A DNA stretch of 38,806 nt from Aquabacterium sp. (GCF_004297345.1 NZ_SCTN01000387.1:1-38806), one strand, 5' to 3'; counted from the stretch's first letter, positions 10,077 to 19,820 are shown. Notes: generated by a model not told the origin, from the sequence alone. Translations and numbers: made by a program.

Positions 10077-11603
10077 ATGACCACGCACCAACACCCCACG
10101 CAAGAGCCCGTTCCCGCAGAGCTGATGGTCGACACCAACAAACTGGTGGCCGAACGCCGCGAGAAACTGGCCGCCATCCGTGCACAGGGCGTGGCCTTCC
10201 CCAACGATTTCAAGCCCGCTGACCGCGCAGCAAGCCTGCACGCCGCCCACGACGCCACCGAACCAGAGCCTCTGGAGGCACAAAACGTCACGGTGTCCGT
10301 CGGTGGCCGCCTGATGCTCAAGCGCGTCATGGGTAAAGCCTGCTTTGGCACACTGCAAGACGCTACGGGCCGCATCCAGGTCTACGTGACGCTGGACGCC
10401 GTGGGCGCCGATGCCCTGCAAGCTTTCAAGCACTGGGACCTGGGCGACATCCTCGGCGCCGAAGGCACGCTGATGAAGACCAAGACGGGTGAGCTCTCCA
10501 TCCGCGTCACCAGCATCCGCCTGCTGACCAAGGCCCTGCGCCCGCTGCCTGACAAGTTCCACGGCATGACCGACCAGGAACAGAAGTACCGCCAGCGCTA
10601 TGTCGACCTGATCGTCGACGAGCACTCGCGTTCGCGCTTCATCGCCCGCTCCAAGGCCGTGGCCTCGATCCGCAGCTTCATGGTGGACAACGGCTTCCTG
10701 GAAGTCGAAACGCCGATGATGCACCCCATCCCCGGCGGCGCGAACGCCAAGCCTTTCACCACGCACCACAACGCGCTCGATCAAGAGATGTTCCTGCGCA
10801 TCGCGCCCGAGCTGTATCTGAAGCGCCTGGTCGTGGGCGGCTTCGAGCGCGTGTTCGAGATCAACCGCAACTTCCGCAACGAAGGCGTGTCCGTGCGGCA
10901 CAACCCCGAGTTCACGATGATGGAGTTCTACGCGGCCTACTGGAACCACCGCGATCTGATGGACTTCACCGAATCCATCCTGCGCCACGCCGCCATCGCT
11001 GCCGTAGGCACCGCCAAGCTGACCTATGGCGGCAAGGAAGTGGACCTGGAATCGTCCTTCGCCCGCCTGACCGTGCGCGAATCGCTGATCCAGGTGGCCG
11101 GCTTGAGCCCCGAAGAAGCCGACAGCAAGGACGCCCTGCACGCCAAGCTGAAAGAACTGGGCGAAGAGCCGCCCGCACGCTGGACGCTGGCCGAACTGCA
11201 ATTCGGCATGTTCGAAGCCGCCGTGGAAGAAAAGCTCTGGCAGCCCACCTTCATCATCGACTACCCCGTCGAGGTGTCGCCGCTGGCCCGCGCATCGGAT
11301 GCCGACCCCAGCATCACCGAACGCTTCGAGCTGTTCATCACCGGCCGCGAATACGGCAACGGCTTCTCCGAGTTGAACGACCCTGAAGAACAAGCCGCCC
11401 GTTTTGCCGCGCAAGCCAGCGCCAAGGATGCCGGCGACGAAGAAGCCATGTACTTCGACGCCGACTACATCCGCGCCCTGGAATACGGCCTGCCTCCCAC
11501 AGGCGGCTGCGGCATCGGCATCGACCGCCTGATGATGTTGCTGACCGACGCGCCCAACATCCGTGACGTGATCCTGTTCCCGGCCCTGCGCCGCGAAGCC
11601 TGA
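10077..11603 (+). CDS. lysS: Lysine--tRNA ligase (class II)
   Basis: [56 protein letters not shown]. Confidence 0.99.
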   Translation: MTTHQHPTQEPVPAELMVDTNKLVAERREKLAAIRAQGVAFPNDFKPADRAASLHAAHDATEPEPLEAQNVTVSVGGRLMLKRVMGKACFGTLQDATGRIQVYVTLDAVGADALQAFKHWDLGDILGAEGTLMKTKTGELSIRVTSIRLLTKALRPLPDKFHGMTDQEQKYRQRYVDLIVDEHSRSRFIARSKAVASIRSFMVDNGFLEVETPMMHPIPGGANAKPFTTHHNALDQEMFLRIAPELYLKRLVVGGFERVFEINRNFRNEGVSVRHNPEFTMMEFYAAYWNHRDLMDFTESILRHAAIAAVGTAKLTYGGKEVDLESSFARLTVRESLIQVAGLSPEEADSKDALHAKLKELGEEPPARWTLAELQFGMFEAAVEEKLWQPTFIIDYPVEVSPLARASDADPSITERFELFITGREYGNGFSELNDPEEQAARFAAQASAKDAGDEEAMYFDADYIRALEYGLPPTGGCGIGIDRLMMLLTDAPNIRDVILFPALRREA

Positions 11604-11643
11604 TTGCAGCGCGAGCCTTCGTGCTCGCCGCCGTCAACACACG

Positions 11644-11674
11644 AAGCCCGACTCGTCAGAGCCGGGCTTTTTTT
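11644..11674 (+). terminator. Rho-independent terminator of lysS
   Basis: AAGCCCGACTC-GTCA-GAGCCGGGCTT hairpin followed by a T run, about 40 bp after the stop. Confidence 0.85.
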
Positions 11675-11890
11675 CGCGCTGTTCATGGCAAGCCCCCCGC
11701 ACAGGGGAAGGACACCACCAACTGGGAATGGGACAATTTGCGCTTCAAAAAAAGATGTCCAACGCGCACCAGCGCATGGCGTCACAAATCTTCAGGGATG
11801 AATTGCCACGCTTCGTGGCTGTGATCGGGTTGAGCCTGCTGGCTCGCCCTTGTGACTTCGTGCGTGCGCATCAACGCTACCCCTATCCGC

Positions 11891-13096
11891 ATGTCCAAGT
11901 CCAAGCTGTCGCTGACCACCATCAGCCTTGCCTTGATGGCACCTCTGGTTGCCCAGGCTGCCTGCCAGGCCAACATCACGTCCGTGCCTGATCCCGTCGT
12001 CGAACCGCCCATCGACTGGTCCAACCAAGGTGGCGTCAGCGATATCGTGCGGCCAGCCCAGGCGCGCGCGACGGCCCAGTCTGTCAGTACAGCGTCTGGC
12101 TATTCGGAAGGCAGCCCCGAGACCCCGGCCATTCCCTTGTCAGTCACGCCGAGTGCCGATCCCGGTTGCATGTCCGACACGTTCGGCGCGCATCTGGCCG
12201 CACAAGGCTTGCGGCAGACACGCCAGCAACTGGCTCGCGCGCAGCAACGGATGGCCCAGCTTCGCGCCTTGCGCGCACCAGAAGCATCCGCTCAAGGCTT
12301 GCAGGTCTATGCCACGGGCGGCGATCAATCCAGACGCGAAGGTGGCGACGCCAGCCAGAACACGCAGGCATTGCGCGTCGGCCGCACGGATGTGAATGTC
12401 GGCACGGACTACCGCATCAACGACCAATGGGCAGCCGGCGCCGCCATCGGCCTGGGCAACACCCGCATGCGCTGGGATGGCAGCACCAGCCGCATTGACA
12501 GCCAAAGCGGCAACCTCACTGGTTACGTCAACTGGAGCCCCACCGCCGCCAGCTACGTGGCACTGGCCATCAGTGTGGAGAACGCGCACGACGACCTGCA
12601 TGCCGAAGACGGCTACGAGTACCCCACCACCAGCGTTCACAGCGGCCTGAGCCTGTCTGCCGGTTACGACTTGCCCATGGGCACCTGGACACTGTCACCC
12701 TACGCCCGCGTTGATGAGGTCGCCTCACGCGTGGGCAGTTTCGGTGGCCCGGCCACCAGAACCAAAGGCAGCTCGGGCTCTGTGTCTGCTGGCACCCAGG
12801 TTCAGACCACCATCCCAACCAGCTGGGGCCTGATCGCACCTCATGCACGCATCGAGTTCACCCAGATCACAGGCTGGCACATCCAGGGCAACTCGGCCGC
12901 CACGTATGTGTCCGGACAAGGCCTGCTGCCAGCGCCCAGCCCACTGGCCATCGATCGCCAGTTCGGTCAGATTGGCGCAGGCACCTCGCTGATCCTGCAG
13001 CAAGGCATCACCGTGTTCGCTGACTATGACACCGGCTTTGCGCAACGCGATGTGAGCACCTGGCGCATGACATTGGGCGTTCGTTACGAACTCTGA
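11891..13096 (+). CDS. Autotransporter-type outer-membrane beta-barrel protein with a very short N-terminal region
   Basis: Sec signal (MSKSKLSLTTISLALMAPLVAQA), barrel strands GTDYRINDQWAAGAAIG, LSAGYDLPMGTWTLSPYAR, and C-terminus MTLGVRYEL. Confidence 0.82.
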   Translation: MSKSKLSLTTISLALMAPLVAQAACQANITSVPDPVVEPPIDWSNQGGVSDIVRPAQARATAQSVSTASGYSEGSPETPAIPLSVTPSADPGCMSDTFGAHLAAQGLRQTRQQLARAQQRMAQLRALRAPEASAQGLQVYATGGDQSRREGGDASQNTQALRVGRTDVNVGTDYRINDQWAAGAAIGLGNTRMRWDGSTSRIDSQSGNLTGYVNWSPTAASYVALAISVENAHDDLHAEDGYEYPTTSVHSGLSLSAGYDLPMGTWTLSPYARVDEVASRVGSFGGPATRTKGSSGSVSAGTQVQTTIPTSWGLIAPHARIEFTQITGWHIQGNSAATYVSGQGLLPAPSPLAIDRQFGQIGAGTSLILQQGITVFADYDTGFAQRDVSTWRMTLGVRYEL

Positions 13097-13117
13097 GCTG
13101 GTACACATTCAGCGCAC

Positions 13118-13149
13118 AAAAAAAGCCGGGCCTGAGCGTCCGGCTTTTT
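13118..13149. terminator. Bidirectional intrinsic terminator between convergent genes
   Basis: AAAAAAAGCCGGG-CCTGAGCG-TCCGGCTTTTT, with an A tract before and a T tract after the stem. Confidence 0.88.
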
Positions 13150-13171
13150 GATTGGCGACGCCAACATCAAC

Positions 13172-14800
13172 TCAAATGGGTGCCAGCACGAAGTCACCGG
13201 CCTCATGCCCGGCAAAGCCAATGGGCGCATATTGCGGCTGCTGGGCGATGTGCAAGCGCTGCGCCAGATACGCGAACCGCGACGACACACCGGCAAACAG
13301 TTCCTGAGCGGACACCGGCGCACGCACCTGATCGAGCATGTCCAGCAGACTGCGCACAAACAAGGAGTGGTCCACACTGCCCCCGTCCACCACGGGCTCC
13401 AGACCACCCGATGTCATCGCGACACGCACACGTTGCTTGACCAGATGGCCCAGCGGCAACTGACGTTGCTCCGAGCTCAAAGCCTGATCGATCTGAGGCA
13501 ACAAGGAGCGCGTCAAGGTACCCGAATAGCATGAGTCCGCGATCACCATGACGTGCCGGGCGCTCATCGCCGCCAGTTGATCGGTCACGTCGATGACCGA
13601 CACCCACTGCGCCAGATCCTGCTGATCGCCATCCACGGGGATCCAATAACCACGTGCGGTCACCTGGTCCATCTGCCCATGCCCGGCGTAATAGACCACC
13701 ACCTGATCCTCAGGGCCCGCCTGCATGCGCAAGCGATTGAGTGCGGCCAGCAACTGCTGGCGTGTGGCGTTCTGCAGCATGGTCACATCAAAGCCAAAGC
13801 GTTGCCGCAAGGCATCTGACACAGCCTGCGCATCAGCCTGCGGCGTCTCCAGCTTGGGCCAGTGCTGGTAAGCCTGATTGGCCACCACCAGCGCCAGGCG
13901 GCGCCCCTTGAGCAAGCCGGGCTCAAGCAGCCTGGTATCAACCGCTTTGGCCGAGGGCGCAGGAGACCGTTGCACCATCGTGAGTTGAGCTTGCGCCAGC
14001 ACACCATCGCGGTCTTGTGCTTCCACGATGACGCTGGCTGGAGATTCGCCCACGGTCACAGGCACAGTGACAAAGCCCTGCGCATCCGGCTGCTGCGTCT
14101 GGCCATTGACCTTGACCGAAGCCAGGCCTGCGGGTGCCACGACTCTGGCCACCACATTGACCGGCCCAGGCGCAGCTTCCAGCGCAACACGCCCACCTAC
14201 AGCTCTGGGAATGGGCGCAGCGGCATCAGGCGCCACAAAATCCACATGCGGTTGCTCACGCGGTTGATATGTCAGCCCTGCCACCAGGCCGCCACCGGCT
14301 GCGGCCAGCAACTCGGCCACGCGTGCAGCATTGCGCCCGCCGCCCAACCCTTTGTCCAGCATAGCGGCCAGCCCAAACTGGGCGCGGGCCATACCTTGCG
14401 CAGCGGCTTTCTCGTACCAGGCCTTGGCCAGGCCGGGTTGCCCCTGGCGCTCATACAACTCCGCCACCGTGGCCTGAGCTTCGGGTACGCCGTCAGCGGC
14501 CAGCGGCAACCAGATCTTGCTGGCAGCACTGCTGGTGTCCTGCGGCTCGATGTATTCGCCGCCGCCTGCCGCGCAATCCTTGGGCGCCACACGTGCCGCA
14601 CGGCGAGGCGTCACGCTGGTGGCAAAAGCACCCAATCGACGCACCTGCCCCGGAAACAGGCAATGAACCAAGCCATCAGCAGCCTGCGCATCGTCCTGCC
14701 TGGCGCGATCCAGCGAATCCGCGCTGGCCACCTGACAGACCAGCAGACACGCAGCCCCCATCACCAGGCTCAGGCCCGGCCAGCGCTTCAAGCCAATCAT
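13172..14800 (-). CDS. Exported caspase-family (peptidase C14) protein with Sel1-like repeats
   Basis: Signal peptide (..CQVASA), Sel1-like AKAWYEKAAAQGMARAQFGLAAMLDKGLG, C14 domain RLALVVANQAY..L.TP..DA, catalytic YYAGHG and IADSCYSG. Confidence 0.9.
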   Translation of the reverse strand: MIGLKRWPGLSLVMGAACLLVCQVASADSLDRARQDDAQAADGLVHCLFPGQVRRLGAFATSVTPRRAARVAPKDCAAGGGEYIEPQDTSSAASKIWLPLAADGVPEAQATVAELYERQGQPGLAKAWYEKAAAQGMARAQFGLAAMLDKGLGGGRNAARVAELLAAAGGGLVAGLTYQPREQPHVDFVAPDAAAPIPRAVGGRVALEAAPGPVNVVARVVAPAGLASVKVNGQTQQPDAQGFVTVPVTVGESPASVIVEAQDRDGVLAQAQLTMVQRSPAPSAKAVDTRLLEPGLLKGRRLALVVANQAYQHWPKLETPQADAQAVSDALRQRFGFDVTMLQNATRQQLLAALNRLRMQAGPEDQVVVYYAGHGQMDQVTARGYWIPVDGDQQDLAQWVSVIDVTDQLAAMSARHVMVIADSCYSGTLTRSLLPQIDQALSSEQRQLPLGHLVKQRVRVAMTSGGLEPVVDGGSVDHSLFVRSLLDMLDQVRAPVSAQELFAGVSSRFAYLAQRLHIAQQPQYAPIGFAGHEAGDFVLAPI

Positions 14801-14806
14801 GAGCGA

Positions 14807-15421
14807 TCAGCCTGCGCGAAATTGAACACGCCGGTTGCGTGGGCTGTAGGGATCGGACTTGTCCAGCAGCTTCTGCGCGCCCTTGCCTTCCACCATCAAC
14901 AGCTTGACGGCTAGCTTGCGCTCCTGCACCAGGTAGTCACGCACGGCCATGGCACGGCGCAAAGAGAGCTTCTCGTTGTAGTTGGAACGCCCCTTGGCAT
15001 CAGTGTGGCCTTCGATGACCACCTTGACCGTGCCTTCGGTCAGCTTGATGCCATCGGCGATGGCGTTGAGTTGCTGACGCGACTGCGGCGACAACTCGGT
15101 CGAGTCAAAACCGAATTGCACCGGCACCGACAAGGCGCTGGCCTCGCGCACGGTCGCCACAGGCTTTTGCTCCAGGATGGCAAAGGGCGAGCCCATGGCG
15201 CCAGACGAGGCATTCAAACCGCGCTGCTTGATGTTTTCACTGGCGCCACGTGACAGGATATCGGCCACATCCTGCGCGCTCGGCGTCTGGCCTTCCGAAT
15301 AGACCATGACGTTCTGGGCCATCGCGCCTTGCACGGCGCAGAACAAAGATGTGGCGGCAATCAGTTGAACGCAGGTGCTGGCAACGCGACGCACCACTGC
15401 ACGATGACGAATGCTCATCAT
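14807..15421 (-). CDS. OmpA-family peptidoglycan-binding protein (no membrane barrel)
   Basis: VQFGFDSTEL, IEGHTDAKG..YNEKLSLRRAMAV, NRRVQF, plus a signal peptide. A GGGAG RBS lies just before ATG 15421. Confidence 0.9.
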   Translation of the reverse strand: MMSIRHRAVVRRVASTCVQLIAATSLFCAVQGAMAQNVMVYSEGQTPSAQDVADILSRGASENIKQRGLNASSGAMGSPFAILEQKPVATVREASALSVPVQFGFDSTELSPQSRQQLNAIADGIKLTEGTVKVVIEGHTDAKGRSNYNEKLSLRRAMAVRDYLVQERKLAVKLLMVEGKGAQKLLDKSDPYSPRNRRVQFRAG

Positions 15422-15624
15422 TAGACTCCCTGTGAATTTGATTGAATATGTGAGATGTGGATTGTCCGGCACGCGTGAGCCACTCAGACCGCCAAGGTGC
15501 CCACCACGATGGGTGGAGAATGTAAGGAATCGCATCTGCACGCAGCGTCCATGGCCATGGACCTCGAGCCCTCCCGGCAAGAAAACCCCATATCCGCTAG
15601 CATCACAGCCTTCCCCACTTCCTC

Positions 15625-17859
15625 ATGGCCGCCATGTCGAACGCTCACGCTGCCCACGCCTCCAGCCCCGACGCTCCCGTCGAAACGCGCCACGGCGTGT
15701 GCAATCTGTGCGAAGCCATCTGTGGCCTGACCTTCCAGGTTCAAGGCAAGCGGATCATCTCGATCAAGGGCAACGATGCCGACCCGCTCTCGCGTGGCCA
15801 CATCTGCCCCAAGGCCGTGGCCCTGAAGGATCTGCACGAAGACCCGGACCGCCTGCGCCAGCCCATCAAGCGCATCGTTGAAAACGGACAAACGCGCTGG
15901 CAGACCATCACCTGGGACGAAGCCTTTGATCTGGTCGTGGAAGGCTTGGCACGCGTACGCGAACAACACGGCAGCAACGCCGTGGCTGTCTACCAAGGCA
16001 ACCCCAGCGTGCACAACTGGGGCAACATCACGCACGGCCCGATGTTCTTCGGCCAGTTGAAAACACGCAGCCGCTTTTCTGCCACCTCGGTCGATCAACT
16101 GCCGCATCACCTGGTCTCGCACTGGCTTTACGGGCACCAACTGGCCATCCCGATTCCAGACGTGGACCACACGCGCTTCATGCTGATCCTGGGCGGCAAC
16201 CCGCTGGCCTCCAACGGCAGCCTGATGACCGTACCTGATGTGCGTGCGCGCTTCACGGCCTTGCGCCAACGTGGCGGCAAGCTTGTCGTGATCGACCCCC
16301 GCCGTACCGAAACGGCCGCCGTGGCCGATGAACACCACTTCATCGATCCCGGCACCGATGCCGCCTGGTTGCTGTCCGTCATCCATACCTTGTTTGATGA
16401 AGAGCTGGTGCAGCCCAAGCACCTGGAGCCCTTGCTGGACAACATCAAGGCCGTGCGGGATGTCGTTGCACCGTTCCGCCCCGAATCGATGGCCGCGCAT
16501 ACCGGCATTGATGCCGCCACCACACGCCGCCTGACACGCGAACTGGCGCAGGCCGATGGCGCTGTCGTGTATGGCCGCATGGGCCTGTCCACGCAAGCGC
16601 ACGGCGTCATCTGCCAATGGGCGATCCAGGTCATCAACCTGCTGACCGGCAATGTGGACCGAGAAGGCGGCGCCTTGCTGACCAGCCCCGCCATCGATCT
16701 GATTCAGACCAAACTGATGAGCGCAGGCCACTTCGATGTATGGCGCAGCCGTGTGCGCGGCGCGCCCGAGTTCGGAGGCGAGCTGCCCGTGTCCGTGATG
16801 GCCGAAGAGATGCTGACGCCGGGCAAGGGCCAGATGCGTGCACTGATCACCTCCTGCGGCAATCCCGTGCTGTCCACACCCAATGGGCGACAGTTGGACG
16901 AGGCCTTGCGCGGGCTGGACTTCATGGTCTCGATCGACTTCTACCTGAACGAAACCACGCGACACGCCAACGTGATCCTGCCGCCCACCTGCGGCGTCGA
17001 ACACGATCACTACGACCTGGTCTTCCTGCATCTGGCTGTGCGCAACATCGCGCGCTACAGCGAAGCCGTGGTGGCTCCCGGCGATGGCGCACTGCACGAC
17101 TGGCAGATCTACACCGAGCTGGCGAAGCGTTATGCCCGCCGCATCTGGTCGCTGGAGCGAGCCGGCACCCGCCAGCGCCTGACCGGAATGCTCACACGCG
17201 GCATCATGGGCAGCCTGCCGCCCAAGCGCCTGCTGGCCATTGGCTTGAACCGCGCCAAGAAGGGCCTGAGCTTCAAGCAACTGCTGGCGCATCCACAAGG
17301 GGTAGACCTGGGGCCATTGCGTCCCTCGCTGGTCGCCGGCTTGCAAAAACGCGGCAGACGTATCGACCTGTTGCCCTTGTCCATCCGCCAGGAACTGCCC
17401 AATCTGACTGCACTCTTCGCGGCTGGTGATGCTGCCAACCAAACGCCCACCACATCAGCAGGCGGTCGTCCCATTCTCAAGCTGATCGGCCGACGCGACG
17501 TGCGCAGCAACAACTCGTGGATGCACAACAGCGAGCGCCTGGTATCGGGCAAACCTCGCTGCACCTTGTGGATCCACCCGAGCGATGCCAACGCCCAGCA
17601 TCTGCAAGACGGCCAGACCGTAACCGTCGCCTCCCGCGTAGGCCAGGTGCGCGTGCCGGTGCACGTCACCGAAGACATCCGCCCCGGCGTGGTCAGCCTG
17701 CCGCATGGCTGGGGGCACGACCGTGCCGGCATCGACATGAAGGTGGCGCAAGCCCATGCAGGCGCCAGCATCAACGACCTCACCGATGACCGGCTGACCG
17801 AACGCATCAGCGCCAATGCGGCGTTCAGTGCCGTGCCCGTCTGGATTGAGGCGGCTTGA
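15625..17859 (+). CDS. Molybdopterin-dependent oxidoreductase (MopB superfamily), substrate unknown
   Basis: N-terminal CNLCEAICG...CPKA [4Fe-4S] motif, VVIDPRRTETA, ETTRHANVILP, SNNSWMHN, PGVVSLPHGWG. Confidence 0.92.
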   Translation: MAAMSNAHAAHASSPDAPVETRHGVCNLCEAICGLTFQVQGKRIISIKGNDADPLSRGHICPKAVALKDLHEDPDRLRQPIKRIVENGQTRWQTITWDEAFDLVVEGLARVREQHGSNAVAVYQGNPSVHNWGNITHGPMFFGQLKTRSRFSATSVDQLPHHLVSHWLYGHQLAIPIPDVDHTRFMLILGGNPLASNGSLMTVPDVRARFTALRQRGGKLVVIDPRRTETAAVADEHHFIDPGTDAAWLLSVIHTLFDEELVQPKHLEPLLDNIKAVRDVVAPFRPESMAAHTGIDAATTRRLTRELAQADGAVVYGRMGLSTQAHGVICQWAIQVINLLTGNVDREGGALLTSPAIDLIQTKLMSAGHFDVWRSRVRGAPEFGGELPVSVMAEEMLTPGKGQMRALITSCGNPVLSTPNGRQLDEALRGLDFMVSIDFYLNETTRHANVILPPTCGVEHDHYDLVFLHLAVRNIARYSEAVVAPGDGALHDWQIYTELAKRYARRIWSLERAGTRQRLTGMLTRGIMGSLPPKRLLAIGLNRAKKGLSFKQLLAHPQGVDLGPLRPSLVAGLQKRGRRIDLLPLSIRQELPNLTALFAAGDAANQTPTTSAGGRPILKLIGRRDVRSNNSWMHNSERLVSGKPRCTLWIHPSDANAQHLQDGQTVTVASRVGQVRVPVHVTEDIRPGVVSLPHGWGHDRAGIDMKVAQAHAGASINDLTDDRLTERISANAAFSAVPVWIEAA

Positions 17860-17889
17860 GCGCATGGCGCTGATCCGCTTCCCTGCCGA

Positions 17890-19056
17890 TCAATCCTGAC
17901 GAACAGCCAGAAGGCGCCGATAAAGCGCCGCCGTCACGTCGGAGTGGGTCACGATGCCCACCACCCGGCGCGACTCATCCACCACCGGCATGTGGTGCAA
18001 GCCGTGTCGTGACAACTGCTGAACCAGATCCGACAACGGCGTCTGGGGCGTCACGCAGATCACGGCTGAGGTCATGATCTGCCCTACCACCTCAGCCTTG
18101 CTGGAATAGTCGCCGGGCGTGCGTTTCAGCAAACCTTGCAAGGTCACGGCCAGACCGGCTGAGGTGACATCGTCCACTTGCCGCAGGTAATCGGCCACCG
18201 ACAGCACCCCCACCAGGCGGCTGAACTTGTCCACCACCGGCAGGGTCTTGATCTTGTGGCGCCGCAGCAGGTTCCAGGCTTCATCCAGATCCGTCGCGAA
18301 CGCCACGGTCACCACATCTTTGGACATGATGTCGCCGCAGGTCTGCCCCATGTGCCGATCAAAGGCGTGCGCCGAGGCCGCGTTGTACAGCTGGACCAGA
18401 TCGTCGCTTTTGACGTCAACGAAGCTGCCCAGCTTGCGCACCGCATGCGCCAGATCCGCGTGATTCAAACCGGATCTATTCAAAGGCACCTCATCAGCCG
18501 TCTGATGCCGATTGCGCAAGGGGGCTTCTGCGCGATGCGGGTAGCGACGACGCAAGACCCCGTTGTTGATGATCAGCGCCGCCAGCAGCAGGCACAGCAC
18601 ATTGGCCGCCACCAGCATGAGGACGTGAGGGATGTCGGCATGCGCACCGTGATATTCATGCACGAGCATCAGCGCCAACGCGCCACCGGGCGGGTGAATG
18701 CAGTTGAAGCGCGCCATCAACCAGACTGTCAGCCCCACCGACAAGGCCGCCGAGGCAAAAGGATGCGGCACCCAAGACAGGCACACCAAAGCCGCCGCCG
18801 TGGCACTGGCATACGCCCCCACCACCGGCCAGGGTTGCGCCAAAGGGCTGTGCGACAAGGCAAACAGGATCACCGCACTGGCCCCTAACGGGGCGATCAA
18901 CCAATAGGCGGAAGCCGGGATCAAGGCCAGGGCCCAGGCACAGGCCGCGATGGCCAGCGCAGCACCCAAGGCCGAACGCAAACGCTCGGCACGCGACATG
19001 GAGGGCGTATCGGCCAGCAGCAGATGGCGAACGCGCTCAGGCAGGTTCCAATGCAT
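17890..19056 (-). CDS. HPP family membrane protein with tandem CBS domains
   Basis: PLGASAVILF, SPLAQPW, CIHPPGGA; CBS pairs CGDIMSKDVV and VGQIMTSAV. Confidence 0.93.
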   Translation of the reverse strand: MHWNLPERVRHLLLADTPSMSRAERLRSALGAALAIAACAWALALIPASAYWLIAPLGASAVILFALSHSPLAQPWPVVGAYASATAAALVCLSWVPHPFASAALSVGLTVWLMARFNCIHPPGGALALMLVHEYHGAHADIPHVLMLVAANVLCLLLAALIINNGVLRRRYPHRAEAPLRNRHQTADEVPLNRSGLNHADLAHAVRKLGSFVDVKSDDLVQLYNAASAHAFDRHMGQTCGDIMSKDVVTVAFATDLDEAWNLLRRHKIKTLPVVDKFSRLVGVLSVADYLRQVDDVTSAGLAVTLQGLLKRTPGDYSSKAEVVGQIMTSAVICVTPQTPLSDLVQQLSRHGLHHMPVVDESRRVVGIVTHSDVTAALYRRLLAVRQD

Positions 19057-19167
19057 TGCACCATTGTTGTGCAAAAACCGCCTGCGCCTGGAGGGCATCA
19101 ACCCGAGCCCGACGCTGCCCCGTGCCTCATCCGCTACGATGGCGGCCACACCGTCTTGCCCACCGCC

Positions 19168-19767
19168 ATGTCATCGCTTGCCTCAGACGAAATCGCCGCT
19201 ACCGCCGCTCGCATCGTGGTCGAAGAGGGCATGGAATACGGCCCTGCCAAACGCCGGGCAGCCAAACAGCTGGGCCTCACCGGTCGAGGCGACTTGCCCG
19301 ACAACACCCAGGTGGAAGAGGCTGTCTTCGAGTACCTGGCCCTGTTCTGCGCCGAGACCCAGCCCGAAGAATTGCGCGCGTTGCGTGAACTGGCCGCCGA
19401 GTGGATGGCTCGCCTGGCCGAGTTCCGCCCCCATCTGTGCGGCGCGGTCTGGCGCGGCACGGCCACACGGCTCAGCGATATCCACCTCCAGCTCTATTGC
19501 GACGACAGCAAATCCACCGAGATCGCCCTGCTCAACCAGGGCATCGACTACGACGTGGGCAGCGCGCCTGGCCCGCGCGGCCAGCCTGTTGACCGACTCA
19601 GCCTGACCATTCCTTGCAGCGCGCTCCAAGAAGGCATTGGGCTGCACCTGACCATCCTGGATGCCGACGATCTGCGCGGTGCGCTCAAACCCGATGCGCG
19701 CGGTCGCACCGAACGTGGCGATCTCACGGCGCTGCGCAAATTGCTGAGCGAGGCTGAGCCAGCCTGA
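19168..19767 (+). CDS. Conserved hypothetical protein, nucleotidyltransferase-like fold
   Basis: EIAATAARIVVEEG.EYGPAKRRAA and GAVWRGTATRLSDIHLQL resemble a conserved proteobacterial family found before tlpA-aroQ-acc. Confidence 0.75.
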   Translation: MSSLASDEIAATAARIVVEEGMEYGPAKRRAAKQLGLTGRGDLPDNTQVEEAVFEYLALFCAETQPEELRALRELAAEWMARLAEFRPHLCGAVWRGTATRLSDIHLQLYCDDSKSTEIALLNQGIDYDVGSAPGPRGQPVDRLSLTIPCSALQEGIGLHLTILDADDLRGALKPDARGRTERGDLTALRKLLSEAEPA

Positions 19768-19820
19768 TTGGCTGAGTCTCCCATTCAGATCACGCCTTTG
19801 CCCCTGCCTCACCGTACGCC

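Noticed and set aside
11699-11810. Fragments resembling c-di-GMP-I (GCACAGGG..TGGGAC) and FMN (ATCTTCAGGG) riboswitches
   Set aside because: The remaining conserved cores (GCAAACC/GAAA tetraloop and receptor; GGTGAAATTCC..CGGT) are missing.
15422-15580. Extended N-terminus of the OmpA ORF (similar extensions for aroQ, prmA, GT2, GT4, HPP, the flavoprotein and the 29541 ORF)
   Set aside because: Downstream ATGs fit an RBS, a signal peptide or the family start better; the extensions run through promoter regions or neighbouring genes.
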